Shown: positions 1 to 10,155, counted from the stretch's first letter. The stretch: 64,000 nt of DNA from Leptospiraceae bacterium (GCA_040217195.1 JAVJNR010000004.1:96001-160000); one strand, 5' to 3'. The notes: a model not told the origin generated them from the sequence alone. Program-made: numbers and translations.

Positions 1-120
1 TGAAAAGAGACCTGACTCCGGTAGCTGCCAGATCCATTTTCTTTCTTACAATCTTCCATAATATTCTCTGGCACGGCTCACTCACTGCAGAATTGCTTTT
101 GCAACACTGGTAGTATGTGA

Positions 121-1581
121 TTGCAATGGCCTGTGGAATGGCTCCGGCACTACGCTAAGTTTATCATCCTTACGGTAGGAGTATCTGGCTTTTTGCTGTT
201 TCATTTTCTGCCGGATTCCGGGGATGCTAATCTAGCGGCCTATCATACCCTGGGATTCATCTGCTTTCTGGCATCTCTCTGGATTTCTGAAATCATTCCT
301 CTGGGGGCGGCCAGCCTACTGCCTCTAATCTATTTTCCCATGGCCGGAATCCTGGGTCCTGAAGATCTGGGAGAGTCCTATTTCAACTCCACAATATTTC
401 TATTTCTTGGAGGCTTCTTACTGGCTGCCTCCATGGAAAAGTGGAATCTGCATAAACGAATCGCTCTTTGGATTCTAACCATAACTGGAAAGCAGATTGT
501 GGCCGGATTCATGCTGGCCAGTGCATTTCTCTCAATGTGGATTTCTAATACGGCCACAGCGATGATGATGCTTCCCATAGCAGGTGCAGTGCTCAGCCGA
601 CTGTCCGGACCAGGTTGGAACCGGCCGGTCTATCTCGGTGTAGCTTATGGATGCTCCATCGGGGGCGTCGCTACGCTGATTGGAACACCTCCCAACCTGG
701 CATTCAGCAGAATATATAAACAAAACTTCGGCGAAGAGAGCTTTCCCAATTTTGCAGAATGGATACTTACTGCTCTGCCGCTGGCCATTATCTTGCTATT
801 TATTGCATACATTGTTCTGGATAAAGTTCTATTTCGAGCAGGCCGGGAAGACTCACTGGGTCGTTTACACTGGAAGGCTCAGCTGGCTGGACTTGGCAAG
901 GCCACTAAAGAAGAGAAATTGGCCGGTGCAATCTTTGCAGCCACAGCACTGCTCTGGATCTTCAGAAGTCCTCTGGATTTGCAGGCATTCAGTATTCCAG
1001 GATGGATTCAGCTGCTGGACGGACTTCCGGGACAGAATAAAATAAACGATGGAACGGTGGCCTTGACCATGGCACTGATCTGTTTTGCAATCCCTGCCCC
1101 TTCTATAAAAGGTAGCCGATTGCTGGAAGCCGAAGATCTGAACCGGGTGCCCTGGTCTATACTACTGCTCTTTGGCGCGGGCTTCGCACTGGCTTCTGCG
1201 TTCGAAAGTAGTGGACTTTCACACATGGCTGGAACGTTTCTTCAATCGGTTCGACCGGAAAGCATCTTCCTGATGATTTTTATCATCAATCTATCCATGA
1301 ATATGATGACCGAGTTTACATCCAACACTGCCACGGCACAGATCATACTTCCGGTTATGGCAGCACTGGCCCGAGAATCGGATCTTCCCGCTTTTGGACT
1401 CATGGCTGGAGTGACTTTCTCTGTAAGTATGGCCTTTATGATGCCTGTTGCAACACCGCCCAATGCAATTGTATTTGGTAGCGGCAAGCTAAAGATATGG
1501 GATATGGTTCGCACCGGCCTGATACTCAACCCGATCACTGCTCTTGTGGTAAGTATCTATTGCTATTTTTTGTATTTCTAA
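121..1581 (+). CDS. DASS/SLC13 family sodium-coupled di-/tricarboxylate or sulfate transporter
   Basis: Multi-TM protein with two SNT motifs (WISNTAT, FTSNTAT), GTPPN and PVATPPNAIV. Confidence 0.92.
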   Translation: MQWPVEWLRHYAKFIILTVGVSGFLLFHFLPDSGDANLAAYHTLGFICFLASLWISEIIPLGAASLLPLIYFPMAGILGPEDLGESYFNSTIFLFLGGFLLAASMEKWNLHKRIALWILTITGKQIVAGFMLASAFLSMWISNTATAMMMLPIAGAVLSRLSGPGWNRPVYLGVAYGCSIGGVATLIGTPPNLAFSRIYKQNFGEESFPNFAEWILTALPLAIILLFIAYIVLDKVLFRAGREDSLGRLHWKAQLAGLGKATKEEKLAGAIFAATALLWIFRSPLDLQAFSIPGWIQLLDGLPGQNKINDGTVALTMALICFAIPAPSIKGSRLLEAEDLNRVPWSILLLFGAGFALASAFESSGLSHMAGTFLQSVRPESIFLMIFIINLSMNMMTEFTSNTATAQIILPVMAALARESDLPAFGLMAGVTFSVSMAFMMPVATPPNAIVFGSGKLKIWDMVRTGLILNPITALVVSIYCYFLYF

Positions 1582-1650
1582 GAACCGGTAACCGTTGGAT
1601 TCGTGGCGCGAATCTGAATTAACCGGAACGACTGTAAAGATAAGAGTTTA

Positions 1651-2205
1651 ATGAAAAAGAAGATATTGGCCATTTCCGGAAGCACTCGAAAGTCCTCCAC
1701 CAATTATAGGATCCTGGAATTCTTACAGGATTCCATATCGCAAGATTCACAGTATGAAGTGGAGATCTTTGAAGGCGTGGATACTATTCCACATTTCAGC
1801 GAAGATCAGGACCGAACCCCGCCAGATGAAGTGATTTCTTTTCAACGCAAATTGATCCAATGCCCGGGAGTCCTGATCTGTTCTCCGGAATATGTATTTA
1901 GCCTACCAGGAAGTTTCAAGAATTCTCTGGACTGGCTGGTCTCCACCACGGTTCTATTGAATAAGCCTCTGGCCATGATAGTTGCTGCTGCCAGTGGCGA
2001 AGAAGCTTTTCGCTCACTAAGAAAGATATGCGAAACCCTGGGCGCTTCCATAAATGATGAATGCGCATTACTGGTTCAGGGGGCCCGGGGCAAAATGGAT
2101 CCGGAAGGAAAACCGATCCCAGAACTACGCAGTCAATTGATTGACCTTCAAGATTCGTTTCTAGAACAGCTGGCCGCTACAGAGTCTGCACTACAAAGTT
2201 CATAA
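1651..2205 (+). CDS. NAD(P)H-dependent FMN reductase (flavodoxin-like)
   Basis: ISGSTRKSSTN FMN-binding loop; SPEYVFSLPGSFKNSLDW motif. Confidence 0.9.
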   Translation: MKKKILAISGSTRKSSTNYRILEFLQDSISQDSQYEVEIFEGVDTIPHFSEDQDRTPPDEVISFQRKLIQCPGVLICSPEYVFSLPGSFKNSLDWLVSTTVLLNKPLAMIVAAASGEEAFRSLRKICETLGASINDECALLVQGARGKMDPEGKPIPELRSQLIDLQDSFLEQLAATESALQSS

Positions 2206-4341
2206 TCCATTACTTTGATATCGTAACATGGTCACATTCGTAATGATTCCATCCACGAAATTACCGGCTGGCACCAGTGGTCCATGCCCCTGGTATGGAC
2301 CGATATTCGGAGTAAATATGCAAGTTTCGTTGGATTCGCATAGACCGTTTTCATTTCCTATACCATCGTTGATCCTTTCATAGGCTCGTCGCAAGAATGT
2401 AGTGCTGCACAAACCTGTGGACCAGGTTCCTCCACTGGCCGTGCAGGAGGGAGAATCAAAGTATCCTGGATTGGAGCATACCTGGTCCTGCCACACAGCA
2501 CCCGGGATCCTTTCGCAGTTTAGCTGAGTGGCTTCATTCCATAAATGGTAGAATACATTGTTTCCATTGGGCATACCCCAGCGGTTGCGAAGCACTGTGT
2601 CTGTTGCCCTTAAACGAAAGTCCCAGATCCTGCAAGGAGGTGCCGTGCAAGGTCCAATGTTGGGAATCGCAGCCACGTCTCCGTTGTCACGGCCCATGAG
2701 CCGCAGCCAGTGATCATAGTTTAGCCGATCCGCAGGAAACGCTGAAATAGTACCATTTGTATCCGAGGTATTGGCTAAATCTTCAGTGCTGATTCTTTCC
2801 ACAAAGCTGGAAAGTGCACTCTGACCTGGAATGTAGTTAAAATCGGAAGCGAGATCCTGGGTACATCCAGTTAATATTCCATTTCCGGCCACACCTTCGC
2901 AGTCATTCATATTGGCTCCGGTGATAAGCTGTCCGGTGATGTAGTTATTACTGGAAGCTGGATCTCTGTTTTCGAATCCAAATCCTAACGGATCCTGATG
3001 ATGCATTGTAGCAATGTCTGCGATTTGATTTCTATGCGATGGTCCAGAGTTTCCACCACCGGTAGTGCTCTGACCCAGACCGCTTCGTCGATGATTGATC
3101 AAATATAGATTGGACACCAGGTTATGCAGCGGATTACCAAAACCAATACTGTAGCCTGCAAAGGTACCGTTTGCCCAAAGAGTACCACCGTTCAAAGATA
3201 CATTTCCATCGCTATCCCAGTAAACCATAGATACACTTGGATTCCCCAGAATAATATAGTTCAATAGTACATTGTTGTTGCACTGAGCCGCGGCCTGATC
3301 CCCAAAATAAAAACCATAGTTGGGTCCCATTACATTGATTCTGTAAAATGTATTGTATCTGTTTCCGTTTCCATTTTCGATTCCTCGAATAATAGCTTCA
3401 CCGTTAATGCGAATATGCGATAGCATATTATTAGAGCTATTACCATTCAAAACGATGGCATTTAGCAATCCCGCTCCACTCTGCTGGATTCTGACGTTTC
3501 GCATCACGCTAAAATACACATTGTTATAGTTTAGTCCGGAGTCGTCAGCGATATCAAAGTCCCCTTCGATCCACAGAAAGTTCTGAGTGAGTCCACGAAC
3601 CAGAACCTCTCCAGGAGCGGCACTGCCAGTTAATAATACTCCAGGCCTGCCTACGAAGGCAATATTGTTGGCATTGATATCGAAAGTGGCAGCCGGATTG
3701 GCTGTAAAAACGTACACCGTTCCCGCTGCGGCAAGAGTACCTGGAGCTGGATTGGCTACCACGGGATTGGCCCACCATGTGGACGCAGCAGTGGTACTGC
3801 TCTTCTGGTTATTGGTAAATGTAACCGTAACCTGGACGGGAAGAAAGGCCGGTGCAGTCCAATCGATAAGATCGGATAGATGCCTACCATCTCGCAATCC
3901 CCCGGTGATCATGCGAACCCTTCCCGAGCTATCGTCGCAGGTCCAGACGAAGGCATTTAGACTATCGGTGGCCCGGATATTGCCACAACTGGTTTTGTTC
4001 AGTACTTCTACGAATCTCTTCTCGCCGCCATGAATGCATTTTCTGTAACTGCCCATCTCGGTGCCGGCGCAGGGTGTGTCCGTGGCATTGAAGAAATTCG
4101 TTCCATCGGCCAGAACATAATCGTTCCAGTTACTTCCACTGGCAGGATACAATGCTTGAACGGAGCCCAATTCCGGAGCCGGTCCATTTCCCAGGAGTGT
4201 AGCCAGAAGGCTAGAATCATCTGGATACTCACCTACACAGGACCCAGCCAGGTACAGGATTGAGAGTACCACAACAATGATACGGGCCCGAACTGCCAGA
4301 GGGCCGCGGGCCAGGCGATGCAATTGAAGGCTTCTGCCCAT
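2200..4341 (-). CDS. Large Cys-rich putative lipoprotein with central parallel beta-helix-like region
   Basis: Hydrophobic signal ending LAGSC; Asn/Gly-rich repeats (SSNNMLSHIRI, NRYNTFYRINV, CNNNVLLNYII); Cys-rich N- and C-terminal parts. Confidence 0.75.
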   Translation of the reverse strand: MGRSLQLHRLARGPLAVRARIIVVVLSILYLAGSCVGEYPDDSSLLATLLGNGPAPELGSVQALYPASGSNWNDYVLADGTNFFNATDTPCAGTEMGSYRKCIHGGEKRFVEVLNKTSCGNIRATDSLNAFVWTCDDSSGRVRMITGGLRDGRHLSDLIDWTAPAFLPVQVTVTFTNNQKSSTTAASTWWANPVVANPAPGTLAAAGTVYVFTANPAATFDINANNIAFVGRPGVLLTGSAAPGEVLVRGLTQNFLWIEGDFDIADDSGLNYNNVYFSVMRNVRIQQSGAGLLNAIVLNGNSSNNMLSHIRINGEAIIRGIENGNGNRYNTFYRINVMGPNYGFYFGDQAAAQCNNNVLLNYIILGNPSVSMVYWDSDGNVSLNGGTLWANGTFAGYSIGFGNPLHNLVSNLYLINHRRSGLGQSTTGGGNSGPSHRNQIADIATMHHQDPLGFGFENRDPASSNNYITGQLITGANMNDCEGVAGNGILTGCTQDLASDFNYIPGQSALSSFVERISTEDLANTSDTNGTISAFPADRLNYDHWLRLMGRDNGDVAAIPNIGPCTAPPCRIWDFRLRATDTVLRNRWGMPNGNNVFYHLWNEATQLNCERIPGAVWQDQVCSNPGYFDSPSCTASGGTWSTGLCSTTFLRRAYERINDGIGNENGLCESNETCIFTPNIGPYQGHGPLVPAGNFVDGIITNVTMLRYQSNGL

Positions 4342-4516
4342 TCTATTATAACCGAGGAATCCAGGGAAATTGCATTTCTAATTCTCTGCGAATTAGACCT
4401 GGATTCTTTCAATTCCCCTGGCAGAAACTACCGTAAATCCGTGGATTGTCCAGACAAATCACAGGAAAACGAGTTCCTGTAACGCTTGAATCGATGAATC
4501 GAATCAATACAAACTA

Positions 4517-5218
4517 TTATTTTGGATATCCAAGGTAAATATTCTGGTATTGTAAGAATCCATCCACGGTAACTTCAAATCCTGCATCGCTCAATTCGCT
4601 TTTCACTTTTTGCTCTGAGAGTTTGATATGCTCCGGCGGTCCTACCGGTATATCTCCCTTCTTGAAATCAACAATAACCAGCAATCCCTGATCGCGAATA
4701 GACTTCCTGGCTTCTTTGAAATACTGTACTCGATCATCAATGTGATGGTAAACATTCACCGAGAAAATCAAATCTACCTCTTCGGAAGCCAGACCTATGG
4801 AATCCGGTTCAATCTTTCTGGTTTCTATTCGATTTGAAAAGCGATTGAACGAGGGATGTACCTCGATATATCTTAGAAATCGTTCATCAATGTCCAGAGC
4901 GATTACGCTGGCTCCTTTCTCCGCCATACGAAATGCAAAATATCCGGTACCTGCTCCCAGATCAGCCACCTTCAGGCCTTTCCATCCTTGCGAAAACTGA
5001 GAAGCCCTGGATCCGTGCTTGCGAAAGATCTTGTCCAGGTGATTCATTAACTCATCGGGCTTCTGGTAAGAATTCCTTTCTTCGCTTTCGAATCTTTGCA
5101 CCAGAACGTCGAAATCCGTCTTATGCATATGCTCCTGAGCGGACTGATGACTGCCCTTCTGGCAAAAGGAAAAGAAGCTGCAAATCGCAGCCAGACCGGA
5201 TATACCTATACGTCGCAT
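4517..5218 (-). CDS. Class I SAM-dependent methyltransferase with N-terminal signal/lipoprotein-like peptide
   Basis: VADLGAGTGYF motif I, ALDID, VNVYHH; likely start at ATG 5218 (MRRIGISG...FFSFC) within ORF 4517..5314. Confidence 0.85.
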   Translation of the reverse strand: MRRIGISGLAAICSFFSFCQKGSHQSAQEHMHKTDFDVLVQRFESEERNSYQKPDELMNHLDKIFRKHGSRASQFSQGWKGLKVADLGAGTGYFAFRMAEKGASVIALDIDERFLRYIEVHPSFNRFSNRIETRKIEPDSIGLASEEVDLIFSVNVYHHIDDRVQYFKEARKSIRDQGLLVIVDFKKGDIPVGPPEHIKLSEQKVKSELSDAGFEVTVDGFLQYQNIYLGYPK

Positions 5219-5531
5219 ATGTACCAGAATAGCGAATACAGGGGATAGTTCCAGTAGAAAGCAAATGGAATTGCCCAATAGACGACTTTCCCGGAGCCGA
5301 ACTACACAGTTCAATTGGCAATAAATCGGACCAAATCCATTCCATGCATGGGCTTCTCAATCAATGTCAGAAAAGTGCACTTACGGTGAATCCTCCAGGC
5401 TTCGCACTTCACGATCAATTCCTGATACACCCATTCTCCCGAGCCACGCTGTGTCTGGCCCGGTCCGTTCCCTTGCAGAAAAAACGCACTTTCCCGTCTC
5501 GGTTCTCTTCTATTCTATAACCGCACCATCC

Positions 5532-6311
5532 ATGAGCTTCCTCCGTAAATCCATTCTTTGTTTAGTAGCCCTGGTAACATTCAGTCCTTCGCTGGCCGCA
5601 GAGGATGGACCGGTAATTATAGAAATTCTTGGTGGTGTGGGCGAGGGCAGCGGACCAGCAGTGGACCGTATTGAATCCACGGATCATACCTATTTCCTAC
5701 TGGAGGACTATCTAAACACAACCAATGAAGATATCCGTAATGTTCAGCTCTTCCAGCAATTAAGGGGGTTTGAACCGAAAGTAAAAACATCATCTCAGAG
5801 ATTCAGTATTATGGTCCAGGGAAGCGAATACATTGAAATTGGCTCCTCTCTGCAAATGTCTAATTTTAAAGCAGCCAATCTTTACCCCAGGTATTTGAAG
5901 CCTTTGTTCCCGCAGCCATTACCATTTTATTCTCCTTCTTGGAATGAAAGCCCGTTTCGAGAATTGGCCCGCACGGATTTGAACAGTGCACTTTATCTTT
6001 ATAACCTGAGACAGGAGCAATACCTGGAGCCTTCCTTTTTTCTTTCCTTTGATTTACGTTTGGTACTGCCCATGGGGCCAGCGGCCGTATATCTCACAGG
6101 ATCACTGCCTCTGGGGGAGAACTCCGGCAATGGAAGGTCTGCCTTTGCTCTTGGATTCAGACTGCGAATTATGCCCGGTCTCATCCTGTATGCAGAAGGC
6201 CATCGTAGTTACTCCAGCGTTTCCTGGACTGACCAGTACGGATCCAATTTTACAGACATTGCCTATGACACAGGAGTGCGCTTTGGGATTGGAGTGGGCG
6301 GGGCACACTGA
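5532..6311 (+). CDS. Hypothetical exported protein, possible outer-membrane beta-barrel
   Basis: Signal peptide MSFLRKSILCLVALVTFSPSLAA; alternating amphipathic C-terminal strands (TGVRFGIGVG). Confidence 0.6.
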   Translation: MSFLRKSILCLVALVTFSPSLAAEDGPVIIEILGGVGEGSGPAVDRIESTDHTYFLLEDYLNTTNEDIRNVQLFQQLRGFEPKVKTSSQRFSIMVQGSEYIEIGSSLQMSNFKAANLYPRYLKPLFPQPLPFYSPSWNESPFRELARTDLNSALYLYNLRQEQYLEPSFFLSFDLRLVLPMGPAAVYLTGSLPLGENSGNGRSAFALGFRLRIMPGLILYAEGHRSYSSVSWTDQYGSNFTDIAYDTGVRFGIGVGGAH

Positions 6312-6362
6312 TTGATTTGTCAGTCAAAAAATTGATGACAGAGTCTGGATTCCCTATTTGCT

Positions 6363-7553
6363 ATGGGAATGGCCCGCTCAACAAGAACCAACAATCATTA
6401 TTCCACCACCTACGAGCTGTCTGAGGCACGCAATTCCCACACACCTCAGGTGCGACTGGATGAAGTCCGTCGCGGCTCCCTGAAACTCAGGGATAAGCTA
6501 CTTTCTATGGATCAGGTAGTTTTTTATAAAACCTGCGATCTAATTCGTGCGCCCTATCCAACTAAATATGGGCTACTCAATGCCTATTCCATGCCCACTC
6601 CATTTATGCATATTCTGAACCGATTATTCATAGTTCAGTACAAGACAAAATCCGGTCTTCGCACCCTTCTGTTTTCGCCATCTGATATTTATGGCAACCG
6701 CCTGACGCCCTTCTTTCATCGCCTGGGAAAATCCTTTGGTCCATTCGAAGAATTGGGAGCCAGACTAATGGCTCCGGTGATTGGTACGGTGGAACACTGG
6801 CTGGAGAAGACCGGCATCTCTCCAGAGCAGGTAGATTACATTTCCTATGATCATTTGCATACACAGGATTTGAAGAAGTGGCTCGGAAATAAAGACCAAC
6901 CTGGCTTCTTTCCCAATGCGAAGCTACTTGTGACACGGCAGGAATGGGAATCTGCGAAGGGATTGCTACCACCCCAGGCGGATTGGTACTGCCCAGGAGG
7001 TCTGGATGGAGTTCCGGAAGATAGAGTAATTTTTTTCGATCAGGATATTATCCTTGGTCAGGGAGTAGCTCTGGTTCGCACTCCAGGGCATACAGAAGGA
7101 AATCATTCTCTGGTTGCGCATACTCCGGAAGGTCTCATGGTATCTTCCGAAAATGGTGTGAGCGCCGATAGCTACAGCCCCATGCATTCGCGTATTCCAG
7201 GGGTTCGCTCCTATGCAAAAAAAACCGGTATGGAAGTTATCCTGAACGGCAATACCCTGGAAGGAGGCCTGGATCAGTATATTTCCATGGTTCAGGAGAA
7301 GACTCTGGCAGGACCGGCCCGGCGAAATCCTGATTATTTCAATGTGGTGCCCTCCTCAGAAATGACTTCCTACTGGGCCTTTCCGTTTATTAAACCCACG
7401 TTTTCCTTTGGTCCTCTGGAGTTTGGTCAGCCGGTAACTTCGGCCGCAGAATTGAATGCACCGGAAAATCGAATATCTTACAGAAACAATCCAGGACAGG
7501 TGAGCAAAAAAGGAAGGACCACCGGCCGGACTAGAGCGAAGGGGCGGAAATGA
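6363..7553 (+). CDS. Metallo-beta-lactamase-fold hydrolase-like protein
   Basis: SYDHLHTQD and TPGHTEG motifs; overlaps SDR start (ATGA). Confidence 0.75.
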   Translation: MGMARSTRTNNHYSTTYELSEARNSHTPQVRLDEVRRGSLKLRDKLLSMDQVVFYKTCDLIRAPYPTKYGLLNAYSMPTPFMHILNRLFIVQYKTKSGLRTLLFSPSDIYGNRLTPFFHRLGKSFGPFEELGARLMAPVIGTVEHWLEKTGISPEQVDYISYDHLHTQDLKKWLGNKDQPGFFPNAKLLVTRQEWESAKGLLPPQADWYCPGGLDGVPEDRVIFFDQDIILGQGVALVRTPGHTEGNHSLVAHTPEGLMVSSENGVSADSYSPMHSRIPGVRSYAKKTGMEVILNGNTLEGGLDQYISMVQEKTLAGPARRNPDYFNVVPSSEMTSYWAFPFIKPTFSFGPLEFGQPVTSAAELNAPENRISYRNNPGQVSKKGRTTGRTRAKGRK

Positions 7554-8392
7554 AAAGCCTGTCCATCTTTATGACTGGAGCGGCCGGCGGTGTTGGTCGA
7601 GTTCTGGCAGCCGATCTTCTGGAAGCCGGCCATAGACTGATGGTCACGGATCGGGATCTCAAGCAGCTCAAGGGTTTTTACGAAGAGGCAGCTCAGAGGT
7701 TTGGCCCATCCCTCTCGTTGCAGAAGCTGGACATTACATCGCACGGTTCCTGGAAGAAAAGCCTGGAGGGTTTTGCACGAAAGCAGGGAAACCTGGATGT
7801 TGTTTTGAATATTGCAGGATTCCTGCAGCCAGGTTATAGCTATGATGTGAAAGAGTCAGACATAGACCGGCACATGGACATTAATGCCAGAGGCACTATG
7901 TACGGAATTGCTCTGGCTGCAAGAATCATGAAAGAACAAAGTAGCGGACATATAATTAGCATCGCTTCCCTTGCCGGTGTTGCGCCCATACCCGGCATAT
8001 CTCTTTATTCCGCTTCTAAATTTGCAGTTCGAGGCTACAGCCTGGCCGTAGCCCAGGAAATGCAGCCGCATAATGTTCAGGTTACAGTGCTCTGTCCGGA
8101 TGCCATTCGCACGGCCATGCTGGATCTGCAGAAGGATTACGAGGAAGCGGCACTAACCTTTAGCGGCTCCAGATTCTTAACTGCCAACGATGTGAGTCAG
8201 GCCATGCAAAAGCTCATTTTAAAGGGACAGCAAGGAAAAGCGCCGGTAGAGCAAACCCTTCCCGGCAGTCGAGGCTTTCTGGCAAAAATTGCCAGCTTTG
8301 CACCGGCCACAAATATGAAACTGGCAGGACTGCTGCGAAAGAAAGGAATCAAGAAACAAAGCCAGTACAGAGTACAACCGGAAGAAGAATAA
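7550..8392 (+). CDS. Short-chain dehydrogenase/reductase
   Basis: TGAAGGVG, NIAG, S...YSASK catalytic motifs. Confidence 0.93.
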   Translation: MKSLSIFMTGAAGGVGRVLAADLLEAGHRLMVTDRDLKQLKGFYEEAAQRFGPSLSLQKLDITSHGSWKKSLEGFARKQGNLDVVLNIAGFLQPGYSYDVKESDIDRHMDINARGTMYGIALAARIMKEQSSGHIISIASLAGVAPIPGISLYSASKFAVRGYSLAVAQEMQPHNVQVTVLCPDAIRTAMLDLQKDYEEAALTFSGSRFLTANDVSQAMQKLILKGQQGKAPVEQTLPGSRGFLAKIASFAPATNMKLAGLLRKKGIKKQSQYRVQPEEE

Positions 8393-8505
8393 TTTTTCCG
8401 GTACATCGTATACTGGCCTGCATTCCTACATGTCCGGCTGAGAAACTGCAACGTTCTATGCTCCGGAGCATTTGGTAGCCTGCCTGGAACAAAGATACAA
8501 TTCAT

Positions 8506-10062
8506 TTAGATGTACATTCGTAAGAGCGGCCAGAGGTCCTGTAACCGAATCCTGGGGTGCCCTGCAAGGATCAATGTAGTCTGCCTGCGATAACTCATAC
8601 ATTCCTCACAGAGTACCTGACCCACAACCTGAATCTCAGAAAAATGATTGGCCAAATCCTCAAGCTGAAATCCAACAAAGATGATTTTTCGCACCGGCCC
8701 CACCTCGGGCCTGGGCAACCCCCATAGATAGAAACTATTGTGACCGGAACCTACGGCGGGCAGTTTATCTCGCAAGCTTAGAAAGTCCAGAGCGCCGGCC
8801 AGACCATAATTCCTGGCCACAATAATTGTATGCTTTCGTTCATTCGGCGAAAGTTTATCGTAAATGCCCTGGACTTCTTGCTGCAATTCGTTCCAGCCAA
8901 ACATACCTGCAAAGTGCTGCGGCATGCTCCCTCTTGAATGTTTTTCGAATCTGGGCGGCTGCAGGCCCAGAAACTCCTCATAGGCGATGTAGCGTTTAGG
9001 CGAAAGCAAAGGAAGGCTAAGTGGAGCCAGGGCCATACCAGAAATTCCGATTCCAATGCAATAGACAGGCAACCATGTTCCGGAGAGCCATTTCATTGTA
9101 TTTCTGTTTCGCATCCAATCCTGCATAGATTCCTGCCACTGAAACAGAAGGATTGAACCGGCTGGAATAAGTATGAATATAAGTGGGGCGATGTAATAGC
9201 TCTTTCCCCGACCAAGCAGTGCTACGACAACTGCAGTTACCACGCATAGGCCCAGAGCCCTCCAGGAAGAATCATTGCGAAACCATAGTAGGCCCACCAG
9301 TCCGGCAAACCAGAGAGGAAGTGTCATTGGATTCCATTCCAGAATCAATCCAGACATGAAGGCTCCTGGCTGAAAATAGTTCTTAAAAAGGGAAGCATTC
9401 TTCATGAACTCCAGGGATGGCCAGTCCTGCTCAATCTGCCAGAGCAAATGTGGAAGAAAAATCAAGACGCTTAGAAAAGCTGTAATGTATGGGCCCGGCG
9501 AAAGGAATTTAATTCTATGATGCGTAAATATCATTCCCAGGAAGAATCCAGCTCCCAGCATAAGGATTCCATATTTGTTCAGCAAAGCGAATCCCAGAAC
9601 CAATCCCAGACCGGTCCAATGATACCATCGATTCTTTTCCAGACAATCCAGGTAGAGATAAATGGCAACCGCCCAGAAAAGCAAGTCCAGGGAATTCATG
9701 GAATAAAACTTTGTAAGCCCCAGCATCACTGGTATTAACCCCACTGTGAAACTGGCCAGAACCACAGATGCAGCACCTCCTCGTAGCCGATTCGTAATCA
9801 TTGCAGAAAGAACAATGCTTATCTGAGCCGCCAGAAAAGGGATGAATCGAATGGATAAAAGGGAATCACCAAATAGATCTATTTGCAATCGCATGAGCCA
9901 GATAGAAAAAGGAGGATGATCCACATAGCCAGCACCCGGGCGATGAGCACCGGACAAATAATAGAACTCATCCAGAAAATACCCGTAATTGGAATACGAA
10001 AAAAGGAATAGAAGGGATCGTAGTATTAGAACTCCGGCCACTCCGTAGATCTTAAGTTTCAT
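8506..10062 (-). CDS. GT-C fold glycosyltransferase family 39 (ArnT/PMT-like)
   Basis: FLDEFYY, GYVDHPP, LLNKY, PHLLWQ motifs; many TM helices. Confidence 0.88.
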   Translation of the reverse strand: MKLKIYGVAGVLILRSLLFLFSYSNYGYFLDEFYYLSGAHRPGAGYVDHPPFSIWLMRLQIDLFGDSLLSIRFIPFLAAQISIVLSAMITNRLRGGAASVVLASFTVGLIPVMLGLTKFYSMNSLDLLFWAVAIYLYLDCLEKNRWYHWTGLGLVLGFALLNKYGILMLGAGFFLGMIFTHHRIKFLSPGPYITAFLSVLIFLPHLLWQIEQDWPSLEFMKNASLFKNYFQPGAFMSGLILEWNPMTLPLWFAGLVGLLWFRNDSSWRALGLCVVTAVVVALLGRGKSYYIAPLIFILIPAGSILLFQWQESMQDWMRNRNTMKWLSGTWLPVYCIGIGISGMALAPLSLPLLSPKRYIAYEEFLGLQPPRFEKHSRGSMPQHFAGMFGWNELQQEVQGIYDKLSPNERKHTIIVARNYGLAGALDFLSLRDKLPAVGSGHNSFYLWGLPRPEVGPVRKIIFVGFQLEDLANHFSEIQVVGQVLCEECMSYRRQTTLILAGHPRIRLQDLWPLLRMYI

Positions 10063-10068
10063 TGCAGC

Positions 10069-10152
10069 ACTATAGCATTTGTCTGCGCTGACTTCCTATG
10101 GATCCTGAAATAAGTTCGATGGATTCTAGAATTCTTTGATGGATTTCAAAAT
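10069..10152 (-). promoter_or_regulatory. Three direct repeats (ATGGATyynraAAT on + strand) plus extended -10; putative AraC-activated promoter of the GT39 gene
   Basis: Repeats start at 10098, 10119, 10139; minus-strand TG-C-TATAGT at 10077-10069, 6 nt before ATG 10062. Confidence 0.6.
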
Positions 10153-10155
10153 CAA

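Noticed and set aside
1..60. Start of a minus-strand gene running off the left edge
   Set aside because: Too little sequence to choose a frame or product
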